In this document: piece by piece, positions 34,351 through 46,436 of the stretch
Layout: every line of letters starts with the position of its first letter
How positions within the stretch are numbered: position 1 is the first letter of the stretch
From: Nemertoderma westbladi
Lineage: Eukaryota > Animalia > Xenacoelomorpha
DNA length: 46,436 nucleotides
NCBI GenBank assembly: GCA_032718475.1
Contig: JAUCBJ010007079.1
Coordinates: 1 to 46,436, forward strand
Direction of reading: 5' to 3'
Made by a program: the position numbers and the translations under genes
Notes under the pieces: model-generated
Told to the model about the DNA's origin: nothing
Seen by the model: the letters and a program-made list of their open reading frames with translations, nothing else
The model's database searches: none

Positions 34351-35139
34351 ATTAATGCACAGATATCTTAACAGATCAACATACTGTACAGTATAGCAGA
34401 GTTGCAGATCCCTATAACTCTTAAACTAACATGGTTATCAGCGAATGGGAATTCAATAAATTTTAAATTAAAGCTTTGATAGCATTCTATAAAGAATTAT
34501 GATTTTCGTGGGAAAATCGGGTTCATGTAGGCCAATACAGTGTTACAGTTTACAGTAATTGTATTAGCTGGCTCAGCGTCTTTTCCACAATGTACGCAGA
34601 AGATACCAGAAGATTTGGATTTTAAATGTGTTTATTAGTAATTCGCATTTAGTACCAGTACTACTGTAGTAATTCAATACAGGTAATTCGCACCCTGCAC
34701 TACAATGCAAAGCTAAGCCAAATGGCCAAATGAAATAGAAGCACCAGTGAAAATTTTCATTCTTAAAATGCAAAATTAAAAAGAAACCTGAGCGAAATTT
34801 TTTCATTTTAACAATATAAAATGATAATGAAACTTTTTGAAATTTTTTGTGGCAAATTCTTGTTGATACTTCTCCACTTTGCACGAACTTTATCGCCGCC
34901 CACACTGCGGGTTCGGCGGTGTACTTGTCACTCTGCGTGGTGCAAAATCGTCATTACGCGGCTTTACACCACGTATTTCTCTTGTACATGGAAGAATCTT
35001 CAGAGTTTCATGTAGCAATTCCAGCCTGGTATTAGCATTAGAAATTCTGGAATTACAAATTTTATTGTAAAATGTAATTGCTGCCAGTACAAGTACCATT
35101 TTGATAATCAATTCGATCCCTTTCTTTGTCTTACGGACT

Positions 35140-37020
35140 AGGCTATGCTATGCAGCTTTGGATGGAGTCGAGACGCAATCTACTCATAAGAGGAAACATG
35201 ATTTATTGGAAACTGTTCAGAATGTGATTAGTATTAGTACAGGTAGCTGTCACAATGCTCCAAGTGCTGGTGGTGAGAATCTTATGATAATCTTGTGATA
35301 GTGATGAGAGTTTGGACAGTAACACAGATTTTAGTTTTGGGGATAAGGATGAAGTTGAAGACCATAGTTTTGCAGATGAATGTCATTCTGCTTCTGGGAA
35401 TGAATTGTGTTGCAAACTTTATGGTTGGCAGAGAAAGACTGGTATTTCCTATAGCTGCTTATCCAGTTTACTGAACATTTTAAACAAGTTCCATCCCAAT
35501 TTACCATTGAGTTCTAAAACTCTGGTCGAGATGCATAGAACTCAAGATTTTATTACTAAACAGACGACTGTTCCATGTGTTCCATGTGTTCCATGTGTTC
35601 CATGTGTTCCATGTGTTCCATGTGTTCCATGTGCAGGTGGTTTTATGGTGTTTCTTGGCTTTCCTGAATTGCCTCAAAATACGCAATTATGTCAAATATT
35701 GATGGCTTACCCATCTCTAAGTCATCTAATTTGTCACTATGGCCCATATTGGCCAGTCGTATTGGACTTGGCTACAAAGCTTTCAGTGTTGGAATTTGGG
35801 CAGGATATTGTAAACCAAATAATATGGTTGAATATTTACAACCTTTGTTAGATTGCCTGGCATAACCTTAAAATAACCTTTGGCTAAAACCAAATTTACA
35901 ATTAATGGTTGCTGATGCCCCAGCTTGAGCTATGCTTGGAGGAACCAAATTCGTCAGTGGTTATGCCTGCTGTACAGTTTGCAAAATTGTAGGAATATAT
36001 ATAGTCACCAATTTCATAAGATAATTTTTCCTGGGAGGGAAGGCATGATAACGATTATAGCACCATTTCAGACGAAGAACATCAGTACTTGTATCACCAT
36101 TGCATAAATATATCCCAATTTCTAGTGGTTTTGCATTTGACTATATGCATTGTCTTTGTCTCGGAGTTGTGAGACAGTTGATTAAGTACTGGTATGGAAC
36201 ATCCACCCTTCGAGTCTCTCTACAATGCATTTTATCATCAACTGTCTTGAAAGCTAGATTAAATAGCTTTTAGTTGAGTTTGGATCAGCAATGGCTCATG
36301 TCGTTAACCGTCACCTTCGTGGATTTGATTCTCTTGAACATTTCAAGGCCATGGAATTTCGGAGATTTATAGCTTATGCAGCACCTCTAATGAAAGGGTT
36401 CCTACCAAATAAATACTTTGACCACTTTCAGATCAGCTAGCAATGCAGTCAAATTACCCCTTGACTGATTATGCCAGTAACCTCATAAATTTCTTTAGCG
36501 GATCCTTGAGTGAGTTATATACAGAACATGCGTTAACTTATAATAATATGCATATACTGACACATCGTGCCGATTTTTGCATACGTTTTGGGTGTTTAGA
36601 TCGATGGTCAGCATTTCGATTTGAATCATTTAAGAGCAAATTAAAACGGGATCTTTTTTCTCGAAATGCAAATTTAATTGTTCGAGAGGCACCATCCAAA
36701 GCTGAAGTACTTGTTGCTGGAGATGTTGAAGGACCTAATAAGTCCATTAAGCGTGGGGATTGTATAAAGTTTGATGAAATGTTTATTGTTGTTCAAAGTT
36801 ATACTGTGAACACACAAGTAATTACAGGTCACAAGCTGAAATTTTTTGACTTATGCTTATACCATTCCTTGTTTGAGTGAATTGTATGGTGAAGGGTACT
36901 ACATTTCTGATGGTTTGACCTCTATTGGTAATCCATGTGTATTTCAGTGGTGTATTGCAATGCCTTCAAAATATGCTGGTTATAGTGATGCATATTATGT
37001 GACAAGGTTGTGTAACTGAA
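35140..37020 (+). pseudogene. EnSpm/CACTA transposase, copy B
   Basis: Same motifs as copy A; retains HRADFCIRFGCLDRWSAFRFESF in ORF 36443-36880. Confidence 0.85.
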
Positions 37021-38574
37021 TTGAAAACGGTATATTAATACCGTTAGTACTACAAACTATCAGACCATTACGGTACTAGGCCTTGTATAAACTAAAGAAC
37101 ATTATTACTATTACATAACTGAAATTGGTTTTAAGTAATATTAGTTATTCTCTAAATGTTCTAAACAATTGATATGGATATTACACACGCAATTGTATAT
37201 TGTCAGCATGACAAGCAATATGGTCGGTTGACTTAGAGAGAGAACTTAGGAATTTTTAATGGGATTTAATTTGCAAAGTTAAAACATATGAAGTAAAATA
37301 TGGTGGTGGTGAATATTATAGAGCTGAAATTATAATATATGGTAATATGATTGACAATAACTTCCTTTGCTCAGGATATGAAAGCTAATGGTTATTCATT
37401 TAAACAACTGACGACAGGAAATTCAAACCCAGGATATCCAGAGTAATCAATGACCTCATTTCCGGAGCTATCATTTGATTGGTCCACCCTTGCAGTCATC
37501 ATGTGAAGAGAACCTTCAATCCAGACGTGGTAAATCAACATTATCTTTACCTCTGCCATTTCCAAGACCAAATTCCATTGGCAAAGCAACTAACATCAAT
37601 GAAGATATGCCCGATGGGGTGGGCATTGGTAGTGCTGCTGCTGGCAATAAAGACATACCCATGCTCGATGATGTTGGCATTGGTAGCGCAGCTACTGGCA
37701 ATGAAGACACGTCTCGGTTAAGCTGTCTCGCTATGAGCCGAATCCCGAATAATCATTCATTATCATATCTTAGTGATAGGCAATTGCTAGAAGCTAATTT
37801 TCGATGGACCTGTGAACTTTGGCGCTCACTCAGAAGTATAAATACACAGTTTGGGATAATGAAGAAGAATACCGGTAAACATATTGATAAATCTGTTACT
37901 GGTATCCATGAATCAGAAGAAGTTGAAATTACACCTGCATCCTCATTGGAGGAATTAAAGGATCTCTTAATGCCCGGTCTTTTGGAACTATTAACCCTTT
38001 AACTCCCACGGGACTCCTAAGGCCCAGATTTTAAATAGTCAGTATTATCCCCTAATTTTGTACTCCTAAGGCCCAAATTTTAACTAGCCAGTATTATCCC
38101 CTAATTTTGTAAAAAACATGTTATAAAGTATATCATCATGTAGAAATGCATTCCATTTTACTAAAAAGTAGTGTATCTCGTAATGAAACATAAATTTAAT
38201 GACAAAATAATTGCTTTTTATGTTGAACGATTGACAGGTAGTGACAATAACTTTCTATCTATTAAAATCTATTAAATTAATCTATTAAAATAACATATAA
38301 ACACTGTTTACTGCCACAAATCATGGTATATTGGTTAAATCAATAATTTATGAATCAATGTAATAAGTTGTGAGCCATAATATGACGTTTTTCCTAGAGC
38401 GCAGACATATTTTTCATGTTGGTACCGATTAGTCCCTCTGGTAGCTAAGGACAATTTTTGTAATCTGGTTGGACGGCCTAACTACTACGGAAAGTACAGC
38501 AGTATACTGGTTGGTAGACTTGTAGTGGTACTGCCAATTGCAGCTGTCTGTACATTACAGCATTACATCAGTAT

Positions 38575-38788
38575 ACTGTGTACTGTATACTGGTGACTGG
38601 TATAGTGTTACATGGTAGGCCAATGGACAACTCAGCAACTGTCTGACTAATGCTTACCGGTAGTCTTCATATTGCTGTATTAATACAGCAATATGAAGAC
38701 TACCGGTAAGCATTAGTCAGACAGTTGCTGAGTTGTCCATTGGCCTACCATGTAACACTATACCAGTCACCAGTATACAGTACACAGT
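38575..38788. repeat. Perfect 214-bp palindrome (107-bp arms, no spacer)
   Basis: Centre GTATT|AATAC at 38681/38682; arms read as exact reverse complements. Confidence 0.93.
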
Positions 38789-39035
38789 CACCAGTATTAG
38801 CCTACCAGTTGCCAGTACCGGTTTGCAGTATATATAGGTAAAGTAGGCCTGCAAGTTCATAGTTACAATACAAGTTTAACCGTTCAGTTGACACATATGC
38901 TGAGCCTAGTTGTGTAGGTAGGCAGGTCCACTATGCCTATGGCATTGGCCTAATAGTGTAATAGCGCTATCAGCTGATCAGTCCATGATTATGATACTAC
39001 TACCAGACCAGTGTCCACTGCCAACTGCAGCACTA

Positions 39036-39242
39036 CCACTGGCCCTAGCCTAGCCTAGTACGATAGCCATACTAACATGTACTAGGCTATCGTACTAGGC
39101 TAGGCTAGGGCCAGTGGGATCAGTTCAGTTCAACAGTTCTACCGGAACTGATATAGTCTAAAAATGATAATATGGTCTATCATACCATATTATCATTTTT
39201 AGACTATATCAGTTCCGGTAGAACTGTTGAACTGAACTGATC
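39036..39242. repeat. Two abutting inverted repeats (33-bp arms/16-nt spacer; 59-bp arms/7-nt spacer)
   Basis: 39036-39117 and 39118-39242. Confidence 0.92.
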
Positions 39243-40250
39243 TGCTGATGAAGTTGATAGTAGCCCTACCACTTTCCGTTTTGGTCTTGCTACAAGTTTT
39301 TGTGATGGATATTGGTAGAAAGAAAGTATTTGAGTTATCCAATCCAACAAGTCAAGAAGTCTATGCACTGTAAAACTCAGTGGATTCAGATGCCAGCAGT
39401 GATATAGATAATTTGATGAATGATTCTGATACCGAATTTTTTACAGGGGAAAACTTGAATGATGAAGATGTACCAATAGGCCTGAACTTGGATGTAGGGT
39501 CTGTCTCAACTCAGGGCGGTCCTATTGGAGTTGCTGATGCGAATATATATATTGGAGTTCCTGATGCACTTAAATCCACAATTCCGATATCTATATCTGG
39601 TTGTACTATTCCAACTTCCAGTAGGCCTACTACCAGTAACGAACGGTATTCAAATTCCGACTACCGGTACTTCCACTTCCACTACCAGTACCGGTCAAAT
39701 TCCAATTACTGGTAGTTCCACTACCGGTACTATTCAAATTCCAACTACCGGAACTATTAAAATTCCAACTACCACCAGTACCAGTGCTAACGCTACTATT
39801 ACCAGCATTATAGGAGGTGTTAAACCCACAGATTTCATCAAATGGACTAACAAAATTAAGTCAAACCCCCAAATGAATGTAAATTATCAAGTAAAGTTCT
39901 CCAATCACCGCTTCAAGTATTCGGGAAAACCACAAACCTTCCAGAACTCATAGACCTACTTACCAATGAGTCAATACGATATTCTGAACAAAAGGGCTGT
40001 ACATTCACAATCACTGGTGAAGGAATGAAGGCGTTACTCGGTATTAATTATGTTACGTCAATCAACAAGTTACCATCCATTGTAGATTACTGGCCAACAA
40101 ACATATTTGTAGGAAACCGCGGAAACAGAATATTATGACTCGTAATATTCTACAGAATCTTCATTTCGTGGATAATTCCAAAGGGGTGCTGGTCAGGTCA
40201 CCTCGCCGCAAGTCATCTTGCCGCAGATAATGCGCGGCGAGGTGTCTTGT

Positions 40251-41499
40251 TGTTCGCGCTTTTGAAGACCTTTAGCAGTTTAACCTGCCAAAATTTATAT
40301 GTCTTTTAGTTAATTAAAACCACTTTAGCATACGACAATATTTTATGCTAATACGCAAAACACTAGCCGAAGTCAGCCCATGCGCGATCATTCACCCGAT
40401 GGATCTACACCCGGGAGACTGAATTCGGATGCTTAAATTTTATTATTGCAGTGTAAGGTTGCAGTGTATACCTACTGTATTATTCGATAGATCGTTAATA
40501 ATTAATCTCTGACAGATATTATTGGCTTTCGGGAAATATTAACAGTTCCTTTAGGACGTGGCGCTTTATCTATTTAAACAGAACTAAGACTTATACTAAA
40601 ACGCAACGATACTGCTTATGATTGAAGTATAAAGCGTATTCTTTAGGAAATACTTTGTTACCAATCACAATCATACACACTATTCTGCCGACCGTCAGTA
40701 TATTTGATCACACATAAAGAGAGCAGCAATTGACTCACGTAGGGTCTGCTAAATAACATTGGATTCAATACACACCACATTAATATAAATCGCAATTGTT
40801 ATGTATAGCCGGTCTCTCTAACCTGTAGTGTATCAAGAAAATTGGGAATTTGGGTGATTTATCCGTATTATCCAAAGAGCAATATTTCCATCAACAAATA
40901 GGTACAATTAATAACTGACGGTAAAATAACAGTACAAACAATATGATTAATGCAATTAAATTAAGTGAGCATGTTAATTAGTGAGTTATTGAGTAAGTGA
41001 GTAGGTAACAGTTTATACTTTCGATAATTTAAGCAGTTTACTAGAGTTCTTCCCAAAAGGCCGGTGTTTCTGGCTTAGACAGCAATAACAACAAAGTATC
41101 AAGTAAAAACAGTAAGACTGAACACTCTCCTTATGATCGACCGAAAAGCTACACGTCGACAGGAAAAATCGCTCTGATTGGCTCAAGCCAAACAAAGAAC
41201 CATGCATCCAATGGCTGTTTCCATGTCAGCAACCAGCTGTTAGATGTCGTAATATGAATCATCACGGCTAAGCTGTGAAAGGTAGTTGGTGCATTACAGG
41301 TTTTTTGCCTTACCATGTCCGCCAAAACACGTATATAGCAGAATGACTTTTATGTCCGTTAAAACACCTGTAACGGTACCTTGCGGGCGAGGGGAATATA
41401 TATACAGTTAGAGAACCTTTTTTAGAGTATTCCAGCGCCTGGGGGGAAACTGGATTGCGAAGCAAAAGGGGCCAGTTAGATCCCACAGAAGCTTTTACA
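40251..41499 (-). repeat. 3' LTR of E3 (1249 bp)
   Basis: Plus strand TGTTCGCGC...GCTTTTACA, same termini as the E2 LTR. Confidence 0.92.
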
Positions 41500-41577
41500 C
41501 CGCTCCCAGAAAATGGGATTTAAGTCTATAAAATATACAAAATCACAGTTTCTAAAATATAAAAATACTCTAAACAG

Positions 41578-43016
41578 TTAGTCTTTCTTGCGCGGACGGC
41601 GTTTACGCAGCTTTTTAAAGCTAGCAAGAGTCCTTTTCTCTTTGGGGCGAGCCACTTTACGAGGAGGGCTATAACTCCTGGGTGAAGGGTGCAATATGAT
41701 TGCATCAGAAGGTATGGGATTGCGATCGGTATATCCGCCGGTCGAAGTACCGGGTTGATTGACATCAACGTCCGGGGAGAGGGGTCTAACGGCTTTGAGA
41801 GCTCGTTTCAAGACAGCCGCTCTTACGGGTCCTGTACGAGTGGTCTGCACGAGGGCCGTGGGTGGACCATAAGTAGTTAGAAACTTCCTTGGTTTAATGG
41901 TTCTTTCCAACTCGCGTTCGCGGGCTCGGTACTCGTAAGGCCGTCGATATACTTCTTGTAACTCAGGGTGTGAGTTGACGAATAAGTCTCCATAGGCAGG
42001 GTCTTGACGGATAAAGTTTATTAAGTTATACGAATTGATGTCACTCGGATTAATGCTCCTGAGGAATTTGCGTACATATTTGGTTGAAATACATTCTCCA
42101 ACGCGCTTCAATAGTTCATAACTTGATAGGCGCGATTTCTGCTCGACGGAGGCAAACAAATATGGATGGAACGCATAAACTCCTTCGTAGGCGCGTCCAG
42201 GATAATAGCGATGGCGTGAATCACAATATAAATCAGTGTTCGCTTCCCAAGCTCTGATGTAACGTAGTGTGATCATTTCATCTACGCTTTCCAAATCGTG
42301 ATTAAAAGGGCAATCGAAACTGGCGTGTCCTTTTAATTGACAATGATGGCATTGAGTCATAAATTGGGGGCAGACAGCAAAAATGTGCAAATTATTAAGC
42401 CGACAATATGCACAATAGATTTCCATCGACGGTTGCTCGTGGAAATAGGAACAGATATCGTTGGTGTCCATAGACGTAATATGGTCTCTCGATGCGCACA
42501 GCCGACAACGTTGTCGAGAAACATAGTTGGCATGGCGATAATCGTACGCAGTGAGACACTGTGGACCTTGATACCATAATCGTTGTCGCTGTTCCGAGCG
42601 CGATAGGCTGAATCTCCTCAGATTCTAGACATATTGGTTCGTCTTCCCAGTCTGTTACGAATAGAATTTTCGTGATCTATTCTCGGTTTATCGATACGAC
42701 TCCGCTGGGTATGATATTTAAATAGAACCATTTCCCTTTCGGTGTATACATCGTCCGTATCATGTAAATCGATAGGATGGCCGGTAGTTAAGAAGTCCAT
42801 ATACGTACCATTACGATTCGTATAGCGAGCGGTGAATTTTCTATAGTCCAATTCACGCGTAAGTTGTTCCTGGGACATCGGCGGTTCGATATAACGACCA
42901 TCGTCCTCCGTAATAGTCGGATCGGCTTCACCGCGTATCAAGCTATCCACAAACGCTTGTAAAGGTAGAGTATATCGCTCTCTAATACCAAGGTCATCTT
43001 CTATCAATTCCGTCAT
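41578..43016 (-). CDS. E3 accessory ORF2: CCHC zinc-knuckle protein with basic/SR-like tail, split by one frameshift at ~42622
   Basis: The 132-aa ORF and the 297-aa ORF frame overlap at 42621-42624; CRLC-x4-H-x9-C, CAYC-x5-H-x4-C, CHHC-x4-H-x4-C; ends SPRSYSPPRK..KKLRKRRPRKKD. Confidence 0.75.
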
Positions 43017-43019
43017 ATC

Positions 43020-44639
43020 TGCTATCTGAGTTTATTAATATCAATATGAGTTAATATTTTAGGCAAGCGGGCGTCGCTGCCTACTAGGCTTTTGCCCCCG
43101 GACAGTGGGTTTCTCAGCGCCGATGTACCGCTGTCGCAGTGTTTACGCCAACATGTAGCAACAGCACGACAACGATAACCGGCACAAGTCCCACCACTGT
43201 CCGTCCCAAAAGCTTGAATCCACTTGAGGTTATCTCGGTAGAGTTAGGGCTATTTTACAATTGCGATTAGCTACTGTAAACACACTTTAGTAGTAACATT
43301 CACCTATAAACGCACAAATTCCATACAATCATTACTTATTGCACACATGCATGCCATTTGTCCGTTAGTCAGTGTCTTCCAGAATGTCACGTTATTACTA
43401 TGTATCCTTGGATACTAATAGTGCGCTATGTATACTCTTATGCTACGCAATGGGGCAAGCTTTTATTGGTCCTTTAACTTGTTTCTAATTCTAGCGTGGG
43501 TGTTGCCATGGTGACATTATGGAAAACTAGCGGTAGAATTAGAGCAATCCTCATGCATACAGATCTGGGATGTTATTTAATAGTAATTCTTTAATTGTCA
43601 ATATCCTCTTTATGCATGATTTTATAAATTTTATCGGCTATTGACTATATGTTGGAGATTCTTACACTCTAGTACACTCAATATGAATCTCCGCTCCCAT
43701 GATCTATTAATTACTGGAATTTTGGGAATGTTATAAATTGTACAAAATGACAATTTATGAAATTCATTTGAATATGAATTTAAATTTATTCCCGTGAATT
43801 TTATTATTTGATATTAAATTGACATAAATTTTATTCCAGAGCATATCTGGGGACTTAGGATCCTTAATTCTATAAAATAGTCCTTCTAAGAATATCGGTA
43901 AATACTGCGATATCTTAATTGACTAGAAATTTTAAAGGATCGGGATTTTACAGATTTTAACAAAATATTAAATTAATATTTAGGATGGGCACCGATTTAT
44001 TCCAGAACTTGTCTGGGGACGTTAACCACTGATTCTAGAATTTGTCTTTCAAGTATATCGGTGGGTGCCACGATATCTTAATCGACTAGAATTACAGATG
44101 GTCAAAAATTTAACAGATTTATTTGCGATTGACGCTACTGTTAGAGGGACATCACGCTACTATATGTATTATTTGTTGTAAGGTAGAAGAGCAATATCGC
44201 ACGAAGCAATGTCAGTGTGAAGAGGCAAGTCGTTTCCAAGGTCTACCCAGAGCTTGGTTTAGCCGAGACACGAGGATCTGAACTTTGCATTCCTAATACT
44301 CTGCCTACCAATAATACTTAAATATAGTAGTGGCTTTATTGTACTTTAAGAAGTACTGACATGTCATCTTACTATAGTCTCGCATTTATAATATAATACG
44401 GACAGTAAGGAAAGAGAAAATAATTACTTCTTGCCGTCGCACTAAATATATATTATAAGTAATTATGTACGTAATAAACACTAATATATTGCACTAATCT
44501 ATTAAACATTCTAAAATAACATTTTACTAAATAAAATTAAATAAAAACGATTATAATAAAATTACATAATAATACATACATAAATATAAAATAAAAACAA
44601 ATATAAAATGATATAGCCACACGCCCACTCCATATGTTA
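43020..44639 (-). other. Conserved structured non-coding spacer (E3)
   Basis: Homologous to 14700-16325. Confidence 0.7.
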
Positions 44640-46436
44640 TTACGTTATAGAGTCCCTAGATATTTGTCGGATTAGGGAAGTGGTCGTAGGAAGAGTATCT
44701 TGCCTTCCATAGTTTCCGGACAGTTTTCGGTCTCTTTCCAGTAAACATAAACGACCAGCTGGGCGATTGAGTTGTTGTGTTAGTTTCTCCGCTCCCTTGG
44801 CCTGTCTACTCTCTGCCGTGGTAAGATGAGGAGGCCATTCTTCTTCTTCTTTACTTAAGGAGTCGGATCCACCTAACCAGCCTGGAGTATCTATCAGTTC
44901 TTGAGGAGTTGCTCCTCTGGAAGCGATGTTGGCTGGATTAATCGTCCCAAGGCAATGTCTCCATTGATCTACATTGGAGTTAATATCGTCATTATCTGAG
45001 GAGTATGGTGTTCCCTCAGTTGGATCGTCCACATCACTGCTCTCCACTTCCCCCTTTACTTGGTATACCTGTTGTTGAGGTAATCTCTCTTTGAGAGTTC
45101 TACGGGAAGGGCCAGTGAAGTACCAACCTACTCTAGTTCTTACCGCATAGGTTTGTAGTGGCTGTGGTTGAGCAGGCCGTTTCTCTAATGGCTCGAGCGC
45201 CTCATGCGCGTTTTGGCCGATGAGTATTTGCACTCCAGGATAATCGGTTTGGAATCGAGGTATCTCAAGATGTTGGATGCACTCGTCCTCGTCCCAGTTA
45301 TAAGGTTCTGCTTGAGTAGTAGCAAAGTTCTTTATAGCCACCATTTTTACTGACCTTATACTTTGTTCTCCTAATTTATCCTGTGGGGTGGACAACGCAC
45401 CTATATAGTAATCTGCCGTTAGGGTAGATTTCCAAACCTGTATAATTCCTGACATATTCAATTTAGTCCGGAACTTGGGTTGTCCAGCAAAGATATCTTC
45501 GGCTAGTTCTTGATCGATGAATGTTCCTGTGCTGCCGGAGTCAAGGAGGGCGTTCACTATGTAGCTTTTGTTAAGACCGTGAACTCTTACTTGAACTACA
45601 GGAAATTCTCTGATTCCTACGTTGGAAGCTGGAGCTTTCCAAGATGGTTGTTTGGCGAAAGTAGTTTGGGGAAACTCATCGTTGATGTCTTTTTCGTAAG
45701 TAAGTGCTCGATACACTGCGGTATTTATTAGATAACAGGATTCGTTGGCATCGGAGAATTCGTCCGTATAGAATCCTTCCCACTCAGAACTTTGGTCAGT
45801 GTCGTTCACATCACTGAATTGGACATGTGATTTGGGCTCACTTACCTGACTCGGGTTGTCTCGTTCGAACTCACTGTGTAACAAGATGTGATGTTTCGCG
45901 CCACACTTTGCACACTTTACGTCGGAGTAACAGGTTCGCCGTTGGTGTCCCGATCTGAGGCAATTATAGCATAACCGCTTATTCCACAGGACTGTACGTC
46001 TGTCTACAGGGGATTTCTTTAGAAATTCAGCACACGCACTCAAACAGTGGGGCCCGTCGCACAGCGCACATTTTGGTTTGATGTTACTCACCTTAACTTG
46101 GTTAACGTTATGCACTCTCGTTCTTTCTTCGGGCTTTCTTCCGTGAATTCTCTTAGGAGACGTAGGAGGAGTTGTTGTTACCTGTTCTCTCCTGTCACTG
46201 GTTCGAGACTTGTATTTACTTACGTCTTTATAGGTCTTGTTGTCATAGTAAGATTTTGCTGTGTCTTTCCCGCTGTCCTCTTCTTGAGAAGCTTGGCTTT
46301 CGCCGTCGTCAGTATAACACACTGGTGTTACTCTTCTCCTAGAAGCGGGTTTCTCACTTACCTTATTTTCCGATGTTTTCTCTCTGGACTGCTTGATGAG
46401 TTGTAGTTTTACCTCACCATCTAAGAAGGACATGAG
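44640..46436 (-). CDS. E3 ORF1: Gag knuckles + aspartic protease, RT/RNase H deleted, no integrase (5' incomplete)
   Basis: CALCDGPHCLSAC, CYNCLRSGHQRRTC, CAKCGAKHHILLH, ALLDSGSTGTF, ILIGQN, YAVRTRVGW, then ~45 aa later WRHCLGTINPANIASRG; open for at least 597 aa. Confidence 0.88.
   Translation of the reverse strand, partial: LMSFLDGEVKLQLIKQSREKTSENKVSEKPASRRRVTPVCYTDDGESQASQEEDSGKDTAKSYYDNKTYKDVSKYKSRTSDRREQVTTTPPTSPKRIHGRKPEERTRVHNVNQVKVSNIKPKCALCDGPHCLSACAEFLKKSPVDRRTVLWNKRLCYNCLRSGHQRRTCYSDVKCAKCGAKHHILLHSEFERDNPSQVSEPKSHVQFSDVNDTDQSSEWEGFYTDEFSDANESCYLINTAVYRALTYEKDINDEFPQTTFAKQPSWKAPASNVGIREFPVVQVRVHGLNKSYIVNALLDSGSTGTFIDQELAEDIFAGQPKFRTKLNMSGIIQVWKSTLTADYYIGALSTPQDKLGEQSIRSVKMVAIKNFATTQAEPYNWDEDECIQHLEIPRFQTDYPGVQILIGQNAHEALEPLEKRPAQPQPLQTYAVRTRVGWYFTGPSRRTLKERLPQQQVYQVKGEVESSDVDDPTEGTPYSSDNDDINSNVDQWRHCLGTINPANIASRGATPQELIDTPGWLGGSDSLSKEEEEWPPHLTTAESRQAKGAEKLTQQLNRPAGRLCLLERDRKLSGNYGRQDTLPTTTSLIRQISRDSIT

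Larger units (their letters stand above)
37995..40180 (+). mobile_element. piggyBac element 5' part, longer copy
   Basis: TTAA (37991-37994)|CCCTTTAAC; acidic N-terminus DSDASSDIDNLMNDSDTEF (39380-); LQNLHFVDN. Confidence 0.8.
32884..40250 (+). repeat. Segmental duplication copy B (hAT + EnSpm + piggyBac relics)
   Basis: Matches 24018-29936 plus extra segments 34021-34350 and ~38369-39510. Confidence 0.95.
40251..46436 (-). mobile_element. BEL/Pao-derived non-autonomous LTR element E3 (5' part outside window)
   Basis: LTR related to E2, same PPT, same ORF1-spacer-ORF2 layout; inserted at a site that is empty in copy A (29936/29937). Confidence 0.92.

Noticed and set aside
41578-43016. env gene
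   Set aside because: No hydrophobic signal or transmembrane segment visible; basic, knuckle-containing protein.

Overview
AT-rich animal (metazoan-type) genomic DNA made almost entirely of nested transposable elements; no host gene is recognisable. Three minus-strand BEL/Pao LTR retroelements dominate. E1 (~2318-9945) is a decayed gag-PR-RT-RNaseH copy that stops before any integrase. E2 (12039-20646) is complete and recently inserted, with 1218-bp near-identical LTRs and a CATCC TSD. E3 (40251 to the window end) is related to E2. E2 and E3 share an unusual two-ORF design: ORF1 has RT and almost all of RNase H deleted in frame and no integrase, then comes a ~1.6-kb conserved, hairpin-rich non-coding spacer, then a non-env ORF2 (CCHC zinc knuckles plus a basic tail in E3) directly before the PPT. 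E2 has no tRNA-type PBS; the 12 nt at that position are complementary to its own LTR. The middle of the window holds decayed DNA transposons (Kolobok/Mutator-like, hAT, EnSpm/CACTA, piggyBac, IS3EU-like), a LINE 3' end, a Helitron/HINE-like insert, a solo LTR, three long palindromes and a ~6-kb tandem segmental duplication. All family calls come from motif recognition by eye; no database search was run.
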